Notes under the pieces: model-generated
What the model saw: the letters and a program-made list of their open reading frames with translations, nothing else
Database searches by the model: none
What the model was told of the DNA's origin: nothing
Program-made: the position numbers and the translations under genes
Part shown: positions 18,742 through 29,151 of the stretch, in pieces
Layout of the letters: each line of letters begins with the position of its first letter
Position numbering within the stretch: position 1 is the stretch's first letter
Virus record (IMG/VR): IMGVR_UViG_3300035698_014689
Coordinates: 30,887 to 94,886 of that record
Origin: a virus
Length of the DNA stretch: 64,000 nucleotides
Direction: 5' to 3' (one strand)

Positions 18742-21528
18742 CTATCCTTCAGCCATCTTCTCGGCGATTTTATTCAATTTATCCCCAGCCAATTTCATCT
18801 CCGCTTCTGTTGGCATCGCTTGAATCTCATCAACGAATAAAGGAATACCGCCAGTGAGAATAAAAGGCTTGTCCCCACCTTTAACTGGAGGCCCTAATTG
18901 AGCTATGTCACGGATGTCATTTATACTGATCACACCCTTCTCCATGAACGCCAGCAGGTTCTCCCGCTGATTCGCTTTATCTGTGACATCCAAAGATTCG
19001 AAAACGATCTTAACTGAAGTCGTTCCAAGTCCGTAATGGAAAAGCCTAGAAAGCATCTTCTCCCATCTACGTTGAAGAGGATCGACAATACGGTTCTTAT
19101 AGTTGCTGGACTGTGCATCACCTTTACCAGAGCCAAGACTGGCTGAATCGGTCATCCCGACAATCGCGGCAGACATACCATGAGCAACCAAAATTGCTTC
19201 TTGATTATTCTTGCGTGTATCCTGAAAAGAACCCTCCTGCGTATCATCGGTCAACTTCTTAAATTCAACCTTGACATCCCCTCCAGCGGCTGGGATAGGA
19301 ATGACGAGTGTTTTATGCGCCTGCCCTTTTATATCCTGAGCGAAGTAACGCTGGATGACTTCCTTGACTTCGTTGGAAAGTTTCGCCCCAGTGATAATGA
19401 CTGCATACTGCGGAACTGCGTTATGATCGAAAAACTGCAAGAAAAAATCACGTATGTTGATATTCCCCATAATACTACCTATCGCAGGAATCACGTCGGG
19501 GACGCCATAATACATCGACTTCGGATGTGGCTTTGTCAGCATCATTACTTCCGTCGCTGAATCTTGAAGTCTCGATACATCACTATTCAAATCATCCTTA
19601 CCTTTCATGTTCCATTTTCCAGCACTGAATTTGCCGTCCTTAGCGGGGTCGAAAGGCAGAGGATTATTATTTATGTCGGTTCTGTTCGGACTCAAAAGTT
19701 TTCTTCCAAAAGGCAGGTAGTAACGATAAGTGCCACTCTTGCCCGAATTTGCTCCCCCCAGTTCCGCGAAACCCGTCCAACCTTTAAGGACGCGCATCCG
19801 AGCCACAGGAATATGATAGAGCCTTCGGATTTTCTTGTCCAGTGCTCGAACAACCTCTATAAAGCAATAACCCACAGACTCATAGTCAGTGGCGGCTTTT
19901 TCGAGCACACCCTCGAAGCGGTCGTTCTCATTGCAGTTCTCAATGAAATCCTCGACCTCAACACTCTGAGACGAGGATTCTGTGTCCTTCTCATCCTTAT
20001 TCTTTTTAGCGATGACATATTCACGACCAACGGCATCCATAACTTTCGTCTTCACGCAATTGTGAGTGACCAAGCCATTCGCTACAAAAGTGTGTGAACC
20101 CTCGACCTCAAGATTGTAAACAGAGCCAGAAAAAGATTTCTGTTCAGAACTGATGACTTTTCTCAAAAGAACCTCACCAATACCTAATAGTGAAGTAAAA
20201 CAATTTCTTTTCCGAGAATTAGTACATGACCCCACAGAATTGGAAAGGAAATCCTTAGCATCCTGACCTCTCAAATCAAGTCTATACACTCTTCTTTTTG
20301 AAATGGGCTGTTGCTCATAGACAGAAACATCATATCTCAAATAAGATAAAAGTGTGAATAACTGTTTAGATAATTCTTTGGAGGTAGTAACGAAAATACA
20401 ATCACCATTCTTATTGATATGGCCATCACCATCAAAATAAGAACGCAGAAGAATTAAAATCTGTCTCAACTCCAAACGAGCTAAGAAGTCTTTCTGAATT
20501 CTTTTTCCATAGCAAAACTTTCCACCCAAAAAGGTCATTAACTTATGAACATACGGTTTCGAACAAACAATCTTGCCTGTATTTTTCTCCTCATCAAAGT
20601 AAACCTTCGAAGTGGAGTCGAAACAATTACTTAATCCATTCATCACTCTTTGATGATAATCCTTCTCATCTTTGTGAAAAGTGAATACAGTCGAATAATT
20701 ACATTGATATAAATTACGTTTATTTATGAACTCATAATCAGAGCAACTTCCTTCCGCCAAATAAAACCCCAGTAATTCACAGAGCTCATCCGAGGCGACA
20801 ATCTTCTGTCCCTGAAAAACGAGTGCTGTTTCATCAACCATTTTCCATAAAGGCAGGGAACCAACGATAAAATCCCCCACAGCAATCTCGGATGCGTTTT
20901 TCCAAGAAAGTAATTCATTCGCCTTATCACTTAAAAGTACACCCTCTCCCGATAAGCCACTGACTCTTTTTTCTCTTGTTATCTTCGCTCTAAAATCAGC
21001 AAATGAACTGTCAACTACTAAATAAGGATGCTCTGATGTAGAACTTATTGTTCTCAATCCATGAACATCTAAAAGAACAAGCTCCTCCTCCACATCAAAT
21101 TTCATTACATCTGTTACTTCATAAAAATCATTGTTATGTGAAAGAACTCTTTCCCCCTTCTTAATAGAAGCAATAGAACGACTCTCTAAATCTTTCGTTA
21201 AAACAGTGACATCATCGGTAAAGCAACGATAATGAACCTCGTCAACATCCAAAAACTTCGCCATCGTCTCAGGATCAAAGGGAGGGTAAACAATATCTTG
21301 TGACGTGACCTCGTCATCCTCGTCCTTGGTGTCGGGCTGATTAGAACCTTCCATCTCCTTCTCGATCAACGTCTTGGCTTGCTGACCCTTCTTCATCAAA
21401 TCCTGTGCCGATATGACCTCTCCATCCGACATAATAAAAGCAGAGTCCACAATCGGCTCATCACTTACAGAACTTTTCGTCATTACCTTATCTCTTTTCC
21501 GACCTACGCGTCTGTGTAACTTTCTCAT
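18742..21528 (-). CDS. Portal protein (PBSX/XkdE-like) with an intein
   Basis: PPFDP, YYGVPD, FFDHNAVP and GVISINDIR motifs; downstream of TerL. Confidence 0.92.
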   Translation of the reverse strand: MRKLHRRVGRKRDKVMTKSSVSDEPIVDSAFIMSDGEVISAQDLMKKGQQAKTLIEKEMEGSNQPDTKDEDDEVTSQDIVYPPFDPETMAKFLDVDEVHYRCFTDDVTVLTKDLESRSIASIKKGERVLSHNNDFYEVTDVMKFDVEEELVLLDVHGLRTISSTSEHPYLVVDSSFADFRAKITREKRVSGLSGEGVLLSDKANELLSWKNASEIAVGDFIVGSLPLWKMVDETALVFQGQKIVASDELCELLGFYLAEGSCSDYEFINKRNLYQCNYSTVFTFHKDEKDYHQRVMNGLSNCFDSTSKVYFDEEKNTGKIVCSKPYVHKLMTFLGGKFCYGKRIQKDFLARLELRQILILLRSYFDGDGHINKNGDCIFVTTSKELSKQLFTLLSYLRYDVSVYEQQPISKRRVYRLDLRGQDAKDFLSNSVGSCTNSRKRNCFTSLLGIGEVLLRKVISSEQKSFSGSVYNLEVEGSHTFVANGLVTHNCVKTKVMDAVGREYVIAKKNKDEKDTESSSQSVEVEDFIENCNENDRFEGVLEKAATDYESVGYCFIEVVRALDKKIRRLYHIPVARMRVLKGWTGFAELGGANSGKSGTYRYYLPFGRKLLSPNRTDINNNPLPFDPAKDGKFSAGKWNMKGKDDLNSDVSRLQDSATEVMMLTKPHPKSMYYGVPDVIPAIGSIMGNINIRDFFLQFFDHNAVPQYAVIITGAKLSNEVKEVIQRYFAQDIKGQAHKTLVIPIPAAGGDVKVEFKKLTDDTQEGSFQDTRKNNQEAILVAHGMSAAIVGMTDSASLGSGKGDAQSSNYKNRIVDPLQRRWEKMLSRLFHYGLGTTSVKIVFESLDVTDKANQRENLLAFMEKGVISINDIRDIAQLGPPVKGGDKPFILTGGIPLFVDEIQAMPTEAEMKLAGDKLNKIAEKMAEG
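20059..21225 (-). mobile_element. Intein (389 aa) in portal carrying a LAGLIDADG endonuclease
   Basis: CFTDD...STSEHPY...LLGFYLAEG...SYFDGDG...ANGLVTHN followed by C. Confidence 0.92.
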
Positions 21529-21541
21529 AACTGACTCCCAT

Positions 21542-23224
21542 TTATCCTACTGAAATATCCGCTAAAGTGTCGATAGAATTTACCATCATTTGAGATGCAA
21601 TCAGATCATAATTGTCGGCATGACGTTGATGATCTTTCCGCTCCTTGCTCCAAATATACCGCACGTTACCACTTTTATCAACCTCTGATTGTCTTTTAGC
21701 AACCAACATCTCTTCAGTGTAATCCCCTCCCATGATAGCAGAGTAGTTCTCAGGCAGTACAACCTTCTGTTTTTTCATGGCAGAAAAAGAGCGGTCAAGA
21801 GAGGACGTTCGATCCACGGTAACAACACGAGCTTTCTTATCTTTCTTCAGTCTTGCGTCTTTACCCTCGCTTCCATATCGACACAACCACACAAAACAAG
21901 TAAACTCCTCCTGAATCTCCTGAACCAATTTTGCTTCGGGCATACTGTCGATAACCATGCACCCCACATTGTACATATTTGAGAGCTCAAACAGCTCGGA
22001 CTTATCTGTGACCTCACCAATGAAAGCGGCTATACGTGTTCCGTCATCCAAAACCCTTGATATTTTAACATCGAAATTCTTACCTACATCAACACCCATT
22101 GAACACGGCCCGATACTGCGGTTTCCTTCGACGTGAGCGCAACGACCATCCATCACGAATCGATACCCGTCCTCCTTTAAAGAATCAAGCAGTAAGGCCG
22201 AAAGGCACATCCCCGCTGGGCTGTAAGGAATACCTAAATCGGAATTGTGAAAATGCTGGTAAGCGGCATCATCCCCAAAAGAGTCCTCAAAGCGTTCAAA
22301 CATCTCCGAGATGGAGTTGAGACGAGAGTTCATCATCGTCATAAGCCAACCCTCAATTTTACTATCGGGATTCTGCTCCAACCACTCACCTCCCCCATAT
22401 CTGCTAAATGGATTGCCACAGTGACGACATACTGGACGAATCTCTTTCCCTGCTCTCCATGAATCATCCATAAGATCATAACCAGTTGGGAGACCTTCAA
22501 TATCGTATTTTATATCGACAATAGTACTGAACCAGTCCAACGAAACAAGTTCGTGGCAGGTGTCGCAAGCGACATGCCATTCCTGACGTGTTGACCGCAG
22601 GTAGTGCTTATTGATCCCGTAGCCTTCTGTAGAGGGGTTTCCTATCCATCTTTTAAACTGAAAACGTGATCCCCTGAGTCTGTCCTCACCGTACTCAAGA
22701 TTCAACTGGTCACACTGGTCAACCTCCTCCACGTAAATAGCATCTGCAGGGAACTCTTTAAAATCTGAAATAACATTAGAACCCACATACTTGATTGTTC
22801 CTTTCCCGAACGATTTCATAACCACGTTATCAACTGAGATCACCTCTGTCTTACGCTTCTGATATTCCTTGACCATTTGAAAACATTTATCAATACGATT
22901 CTGCACATAAGCACCACGGGACTCAAACTTAGGTAGAACGAAAAAAACTGACATGCCCGTAGCGGCGCACGCAAAATGGTCGATAACTACGAACTCGGAT
23001 TTCATGGATTGAACAGAGCCTTGAAGAACCATCTGCGGAGCCGTCGATTCATACAGGGGGAGCAAGTGAGGATTATCTTTAAAATTCATGCGCTGACCAT
23101 GCGTATTCAAGTGGTGATTTTTCGCAAAGTCAATACGCAACTCCTTCATCTTTAAAAGACGATCAACACGCTCAAGTGCCAACTCATCATCCATCTCATC
23201 GATAAAAGAGAATTCTTTAGACAT
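21542..23224 (-). CDS. terL: Terminase large subunit (lambda gpA-like)
   Basis: GSVQSMKSE Walker A-like, IYVEEVD Walker B, GNPS, CxxC pairs, MGVDVG nuclease motif and DH..HADNY. Confidence 0.9.
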   Translation of the reverse strand: MSKEFSFIDEMDDELALERVDRLLKMKELRIDFAKNHHLNTHGQRMNFKDNPHLLPLYESTAPQMVLQGSVQSMKSEFVVIDHFACAATGMSVFFVLPKFESRGAYVQNRIDKCFQMVKEYQKRKTEVISVDNVVMKSFGKGTIKYVGSNVISDFKEFPADAIYVEEVDQCDQLNLEYGEDRLRGSRFQFKRWIGNPSTEGYGINKHYLRSTRQEWHVACDTCHELVSLDWFSTIVDIKYDIEGLPTGYDLMDDSWRAGKEIRPVCRHCGNPFSRYGGGEWLEQNPDSKIEGWLMTMMNSRLNSISEMFERFEDSFGDDAAYQHFHNSDLGIPYSPAGMCLSALLLDSLKEDGYRFVMDGRCAHVEGNRSIGPCSMGVDVGKNFDVKISRVLDDGTRIAAFIGEVTDKSELFELSNMYNVGCMVIDSMPEAKLVQEIQEEFTCFVWLCRYGSEGKDARLKKDKKARVVTVDRTSSLDRSFSAMKKQKVVLPENYSAIMGGDYTEEMLVAKRQSEVDKSGNVRYIWSKERKDHQRHADNYDLIASQMMVNSIDTLADISVG

Positions 23225-23225
23225 A

Positions 23226-23798
23226 TTACATCCTTCTTCCGTGTTTCAGGAGGCGTTTAATCGAGGCCCTGATTTCGTCGGGTGTTCGCTGTTCATCAAG
23301 TAACTGTTGCTCGGTATCCTGATTCTGCTCAAGTGAGTCAAACAATTTCTCGGGAACATTCTTAGGTATTATACCAGTGTCCATCATAAGTTTGATCTTC
23401 ATATCACGAGCTTTCAACGCGGCTGAATGAAATTTACTTTTATTCGGATCAACAACCTCAACCTCAGTGACTACCCCAGTAGAAGGATCAACAACTTTTT
23501 GTATCTTCTTATTTGACGTTGCAATCTCATGTAAAGCGACAGTTTCCATTTCATCAAGCCAGTGCAAGTGATCCGCGATTAACGTGACAGGATCGGTTTT
23601 AATGATCTCCTCACGATACCTACGACCCAGTTCCTTGATGTCACGATAAATAGTGGCTGTGGAAACGCCTAACGATTTCGCTATTGCAGGAACGGACGCA
23701 CCGCGCATTCTAAGACTGGAAATCGTGTCCATCCTTTTCTCGCGTTCATCCTCCAGCAACTCCGTCTGAAGTGCAGGCATATTATTCGTCTCTTCCAT
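23226..23798 (-). CDS. terS: Terminase small subunit (N-terminal HTH)
   Basis: GASVPAIAKSLGVSTATIYRDI helix-turn-helix; directly upstream of TerL. Confidence 0.75.
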   Translation of the reverse strand: MEETNNMPALQTELLEDEREKRMDTISSLRMRGASVPAIAKSLGVSTATIYRDIKELGRRYREEIIKTDPVTLIADHLHWLDEMETVALHEIATSNKKIQKVVDPSTGVVTEVEVVDPNKSKFHSAALKARDMKIKLMMDTGIIPKNVPEKLFDSLEQNQDTEQQLLDEQRTPDEIRASIKRLLKHGRRM

Positions 23799-24558
23799 TT
23801 TTCAGCACCTCTAACAAGTAGTCATTTATGTTCAGATCATTCTCTTTGATTACTTTGACCATCCCCTCTACCTCAAGCTTCAGCTCCTCCTGCATCATAA
23901 CAAGCAGATGCGTTCTTCCCTTATAAGCGAAAAAGAGAAAATCACTTGGGACGGTCTCACCGTAATCCGCAAAGATATTATTCAGAACATCAGAAACCGC
24001 ATCAACGGCCTCGACCTCCTTCTTGCTATCCTTCATCAAAGTATCCATCCAGCTCTTATCTTTCTCCTCTTTATCCTGCAAGAGGTGCTTAGTGAATTCC
24101 TCCTCCGTATCAAAACCCATCAAAGAGGGCATATCCTCTATGTCAACGGAATCACTTAACGAATTAACGAGCTCGGTGAACTTACGGTCGTTCAAATCAC
24201 CTGTGAGCAGGTTTTTTCGGACTGTTTTCAGCTTCTGCTTTTCAACGTCATCCCACGGCTTGACAATAACAGGAATCTCCAACCAACCGAGAACACCAAG
24301 AACCTTCCATCTGTGCTCGCCTCCGATGATCATATAATGAGGGCCTTTTATTTCCGAACAGTTGCAGTTGACAACCTCAATCGCTCCGTCGAAGCCCTCC
24401 TCCTCGATCTCCTTGACGAGCTCGTTGAACTTTATGGCAGTCTGCTCATTCGGATTCCAAGGGTTCGGGTGAAGCTTGTCAACCGATACCATGATACTCT
24501 CATTGATTTTTCCGACTGCTGGGACAACGTCCGCCTTCTTCTTTTTTTCCTTATCCAT
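23782..24558 (-). CDS. ParB/Srx-like N-terminal domain protein
   Basis: LHPNPWNPN, IEEEGF and IIGGEHRW motifs. Confidence 0.88.
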   Translation of the reverse strand: MDKEKKKKADVVPAVGKINESIMVSVDKLHPNPWNPNEQTAIKFNELVKEIEEEGFDGAIEVVNCNCSEIKGPHYMIIGGEHRWKVLGVLGWLEIPVIVKPWDDVEKQKLKTVRKNLLTGDLNDRKFTELVNSLSDSVDIEDMPSLMGFDTEEEFTKHLLQDKEEKDKSWMDTLMKDSKKEVEAVDAVSDVLNNIFADYGETVPSDFLFFAYKGRTHLLVMMQEELKLEVEGMVKVIKENDLNINDYLLEVLKNGRDE

Positions 24559-24588
24559 CGCCTATCTCCTTTTTCTTACATGTATATA

Positions 24589-24807
24589 CTATAGCCTGCT
24601 TTTGATCATTTGCATCTGATTCTTTACAAAAATGTCCGCACTCTCACACATCTCCGACACTAACTGGGGAAAAGAGCATTCAGGCTCCCACCCCAACTCC
24701 TCCCGAACACCACTGCTATCACCGCATAAAACATCAATCTCAGCCTCACGAAAAAACTTGGCATTGATTGAAACAACGGAGCCATCTAAATCGAAGAAAG
24801 CCAGCCA
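24589..24807 (-). pseudogene. gmd: C-terminal remnant of GDP-mannose 4,6-dehydratase
   Basis: INAKFFREAEIDVLCGDSSGVREELGWEPECSFPQLVSEM matches the Gmd C-terminus; the Rossmann fold and catalytic core are absent. Confidence 0.75.
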
Positions 24808-25051
24808 ATAAATGAATCTGATGAACATCCGCACTGCCAAAATTCTTCCACAGAAGAAGTGCCTCTCCTTCGACACAAAGAAAATACTCTTTGAATTCAG
24901 GGTGAGAATGAAATCCTCTTTTCTTCCCTTTCGTAATATGAACAAGACTGAACTCTAAAACAGGCTCGTCGGGGAGCCATGTGAAAATACCTCCTCTGCC
25001 ATCAATAACGGTATTCTTATTACACGTAGAATAAATTATTTTAGTAGACAA
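24799..25051 (-). pseudogene. Truncated cupin (FdtA/QdtA-like sugar 3,4-ketoisomerase or epimerase)
   Basis: DGRG and RGFHSH..FKEYFLCVEG motifs; the second cupin motif is missing; TTG start after an AGGAGG RBS. Confidence 0.65.
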
Positions 25052-25052
25052 G

Positions 25053-26210
25053 TCACGCCCTCCTACATTCTGAAGCAAGTTCGAAGCAAGCACACCTGAC
25101 ATCATCTTCAGTCAATGATGGACTGCTTGGCAAGCAGACTATGTTTCTCCACAGAAAATCAGCCTCCCCAGTACACAAAACATGTCTCGCCTCTGTTGGA
25201 GCGAGTGTTTCAATCGGATAAAATCCGGGCCTACACTCTATTCCCTTCTCTATTAAAGCGAGTCCAATACTCTCAGCGGAACGTCCACCATCCTTCAAAA
25301 CAAAGCAGTTCAACCAAGCAACAGCATAAACGGAGTCATCACTTAAATAATCAGAGGGGGACTGGAAGTAACCAAACTCGGTTAACCCAATACTCTCAGC
25401 CTCTCTACGATAAAGCTCAGCAATACACCTACGTCTATGCAAATGCTTTTGAACATCCTCAACGGCGGCAAGAGCCACAGCTGACACTAAATTTGACAGC
25501 AACCAGTTGTTTCCCTCGACATTCGTGAAATACTTGTCCCACAGTCCCTTCGCCACACGTCCCCTGTCAGCGATAATATCAGCTTGTTTAATCAGCTCCT
25601 CATCAAAAGAGACAATCACCCCAGCTTCACAGCTTCCAACCAATTTTTCCGCCCTGCAAGAAAACGTGGCAACACCCCCTATACGTGCAATTGAGTGCAT
25701 CTCTCCCGATTTCCTTATTTTCGCCCCGTGAGCCTCCGAACAGTCATTCACTAAAAAGATGCTATTCCGATCACATAAGGAATCTATTGCAAGCGTGTCC
25801 TTTGCTGGCGTGCCATACAGGTGAACAAGGATCACAGCCGATATATCATATTCGAGGATTGCACGTTTCAAAAGACGCACATCCATACCAAACGTATCCC
25901 TCTCCACATCCACAACTACTGGTACGAGACCTGCACCCTTAACAGCCTGCCCTATTGCAGAGCACGTATAACTGGGAATAACCACCAACGATCCCTTTGG
26001 CAAGCCCCGAGTCATAAGAGCAATCTGCAAGGCGGCAGTCCCAGTATTCACGGCCTTGGCGAAGGGAACATCCACAAACTCAGCAAACGCCTTTTCAAAT
26101 CTCTTAGAGAAATCTCCTCGACAAGCTAACCAAGTGGTATCAAAAACCTCCGATACGTACGCACGCATTTTCAGCGTGACGGAGGGCTCATTCAGACGTA
26201 ACTTTTTCAT
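25053..26210 (-). CDS. DegT/DnrJ/EryC1/StrS PLP-dependent sugar aminotransferase (perosamine-synthase-like)
   Basis: NTGTAALQIAL, VHLYG, NDCSEAHGA, FS...K (PLP lysine), GIECRP and CLPSS motifs. Confidence 0.92.
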   Translation of the reverse strand: MKKLRLNEPSVTLKMRAYVSEVFDTTWLACRGDFSKRFEKAFAEFVDVPFAKAVNTGTAALQIALMTRGLPKGSLVVIPSYTCSAIGQAVKGAGLVPVVVDVERDTFGMDVRLLKRAILEYDISAVILVHLYGTPAKDTLAIDSLCDRNSIFLVNDCSEAHGAKIRKSGEMHSIARIGGVATFSCRAEKLVGSCEAGVIVSFDEELIKQADIIADRGRVAKGLWDKYFTNVEGNNWLLSNLVSAVALAAVEDVQKHLHRRRCIAELYRREAESIGLTEFGYFQSPSDYLSDDSVYAVAWLNCFVLKDGGRSAESIGLALIEKGIECRPGFYPIETLAPTEARHVLCTGEADFLWRNIVCLPSSPSLTEDDVRCACFELASECRRA

Positions 26211-27679
26211 CCTTCACTCCTTTTGCATCCAGCGCCTCTAAATCAAAAACGGGATACTCTTTTAAACATGTGTCTTTTGCGAATGCACAAAACTGCCTAT
26301 AGCAATTATTCCAAGACTCTTTCTTCATAGAGCCCGCTCCCATTTGATCAACATTCTTATACATCTCTTTCATCTCCCGCACAACCTCCTGAAGCTCAGG
26401 CCATTCGTTTGCACCTCTTTTTTCGCCTCTTTCAGTATTTTAGTGCACAGGTGAGTCACAAAGGGTTTCGACCTAAAATGACTCATATCCGCTTCGTAAT
26501 CCTCGTAAATCTTGTCGAACAGTGTTTTAATGCTGGCATCCAACGAATTATTCTCTTTTACCCACTGACCAAAGCCCTGAACCTTTTTGACTGCATCATC
26601 GTAGTTCATAATAGCGAAACGAAGCATCGCCCTCGCCTCATCCTCCGTGTCATAAAAGAATGGATATTCTGGAGGGAGCAACCCAGCATTATTCTTCCGA
26701 TTAACTATAACGATGAGACCAGCATAAATCTGCTCAAAAACGGCGCTAGGAAGCATACGCAGGGTCTGAGGAAAAATACTTATGTGAGACTGCACCATCA
26801 CATCCCACGCTTCCTCCTGAGACAGGTCTGTGAAAAACTCGACCTCCTTCGCCTTTTCCTTCACAGAGGCAACCTTCCCACTTTTTGAGGGAGTCGTAAC
26901 TTTGATCTCAACATCCTTGCCAGTTTTATATGCCAAGTCGTAACACTCCGTAGCGAAATCACCTCCCTTCGTAGCGGTGAAACGACCACCAAAATAAAGA
27001 GTCGTTTTTTCAAAGCGTTTTCCTTTCGTTCTTTTCACGGCCTCATCGATGCTTTGAGTATTCAGAGCACCATTGAGAATTATTATCTTTTCCTGCATGG
27101 CTTTGACTCTGTCTGGTGCAACAAAGAATTTTGCTGAGTCCACAGCCTGCTTCTTTGAATATGCAGTCGCCAAAACAGGGTAGTCTATAAGCGAGTACGA
27201 TAGGGAGTGCCATGCCATATTCGCATAATTCGCATTCGAGCATTCCGAGTCGTACATACTCTTCGTATTATAATCCCACAGAGCAACTCTAGGTGTGTGC
27301 CCCCACTGAGCTTGCCGAGCAACTCACACATCTTGCCAGCCTTCCCAGCGTTATTACTCAGAACCAAATCAAATGTCCCGTACTTGCCAACCCACGGATC
27401 AATCTGCTGAAAAAGCTCCTCCGAGAACATCCATTCATTTATATCTCTGTTGGAATAAAGCGGCACGAAGATTTTCTTTAAACGAGGCGCATCCCACTCG
27501 TCCTCAAATTTCCAATAGTGCAGAGGGGAAACTCCCTCAACTTGCGGAAGTACCCAGTAAAAAAAGATGTCGTCTCGATACCGTGAAATTGACTGAATCA
27601 AAGACCTCGTTAAAGTGAAGCTGGAGTCAGCGTTCAGATTAGGCGGATACTCATAAGTGTTCAAAATAAGAATTCTCAT
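26188..27679 (-). CDS. GT-B fold glycosyltransferase, broken by two 1-nt homopolymer frameshifts
   Basis: Three ORFs join into one protein of about 497 aa if C5 at 27300-27304 becomes C6 and T6 at 26418-26423 becomes T7. YFGGRF...K and FEQIYAG motifs; resembles the upstream GT. Confidence 0.75.
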
Positions 27680-27680
27680 A

Positions 27681-29141
27681 TTACTCCTTGATAAAGATAC
27701 TCTCGTCCTTACGTACCAGACAACCAGTGGCAAATAATGCTCTCTCAATTGAAATTCTATTCGATTTCAGGAATGCAGACATGAACTCCTCTTTCAGAGC
27801 CTTCTTACACGCCATGTCATAAAAAACAGGGAGAGTTACCTCCTTACCCGCATTCTCTTTCATAACCTCGCCAAAGACAACGTCAAGACGGGCCACAGCA
27901 CCCGACGCTCTGAATCTGTCTCCCTGTCGCACATAACACTCCTCTAAAACATCAGACCAAAAGTGACCTATGTTCTCTAACGAGAAACGCTCACGATACC
28001 CCTCCAACCACGTCTTAACCTGATCCTTAACTTTCTTCGGATTACGTGCACATAAATGCACTAACAAATCAAAGTCCTTATCAGATTGAGCGATCAACGG
28101 GTAATCAGGAAAACGACCCTTATTCCAAGGCTTCTCACGAATAACAGGAACCGCCCCAGAAAAAATAGCTTCAAACAGTGCGATGCCCGTTCCTTCGTAT
28201 TCAGTCCACATAAGATAGAAATCTATGTTCTTTAAATTCTCAATATAATCCGCTCTCTTCACATTTGTCAGGAAAGTCAGACGTTCCCCTAAGTTCTCCC
28301 TCATGCCACAAATAACGTCATGCGTTTCAGTGTCCAAATCTTGCTGAGTCATGCAATAAAAACCCACGTTCTTTTTCCCTACACAAGCGGACTTCACGGA
28401 CTTTGCTAAATCAGACCAGTGACGCTTCGACTCCATCGAACCAGCATGACCGAAAGTAGCTCTCTCCTCGGGTCTCTTATGGACTGGAACCTCATCCGAG
28501 GGCATACTAGGAATAAATGAACGTGCGTTCAACTGTTGCTGTTTAACTGGTGACAGATATTGCTTTGCCAGTTTCGTGAGCCAGCCTTGATCCGCTTCAG
28601 TAAAATTCAAAGTCAGGTCAGAGGCTAACGCACTCGTTATGGATTGTAACTCCCCTTCAGGTGAGCCAAGTTTCGGAAGGTTCTTATCCGCTCCAGACTC
28701 GCTCAGAAAATTCAAAATACTTGGCGAGATATGAGGAAATACGTATTTATTCCCCCCGAAATCGTGGGGCATCATCTGAGCGGCTAACTGCTGATTTGCA
28801 GTGTAATACCACGACACGAATAAATCCACCCTGCGGGAGTCCTTACTCGCAAGCCACTGTAACATCTCGGGATGAAATAACGGAGGTGCAACACCATTAA
28901 ATCCGTCCTGTCCTTTACGAGCCTCAGCACCGTGACAGGTGAAGGGAAGAAACTCTATATCCAGTCCATCGAAGAAGCCATCCACCTGAATCTCACTCTC
29001 CTCGTCGGGATGGAAAAATATCCAGTGGACATCAGACCTGACTTTATTGACGGACTGAATTATCGAGCGTGAAAAAACGCATTGACTTATTCCGTCCATT
29101 CGCTTCGCAGTATATCCCCACCATAAAAAACATACATTCAT
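27681..29141 (-). CDS. GT-B (GT4-like) glycosyltransferase
   Basis: FGHAGS...KRH and YEGTGIALFEAIFSGAVPV (EX7E); start moved to the ATG with a GAGGTG RBS. Confidence 0.85.
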   Translation of the reverse strand: MNVCFLWWGYTAKRMDGISQCVFSRSIIQSVNKVRSDVHWIFFHPDEESEIQVDGFFDGLDIEFLPFTCHGAEARKGQDGFNGVAPPLFHPEMLQWLASKDSRRVDLFVSWYYTANQQLAAQMMPHDFGGNKYVFPHISPSILNFLSESGADKNLPKLGSPEGELQSITSALASDLTLNFTEADQGWLTKLAKQYLSPVKQQQLNARSFIPSMPSDEVPVHKRPEERATFGHAGSMESKRHWSDLAKSVKSACVGKKNVGFYCMTQQDLDTETHDVICGMRENLGERLTFLTNVKRADYIENLKNIDFYLMWTEYEGTGIALFEAIFSGAVPVIREKPWNKGRFPDYPLIAQSDKDFDLLVHLCARNPKKVKDQVKTWLEGYRERFSLENIGHFWSDVLEECYVRQGDRFRASGAVARLDVVFGEVMKENAGKEVTLPVFYDMACKKALKEEFMSAFLKSNRISIERALFATGCLVRKDESIFIKE

Positions 29142-29151
29142 TTGAATCACC

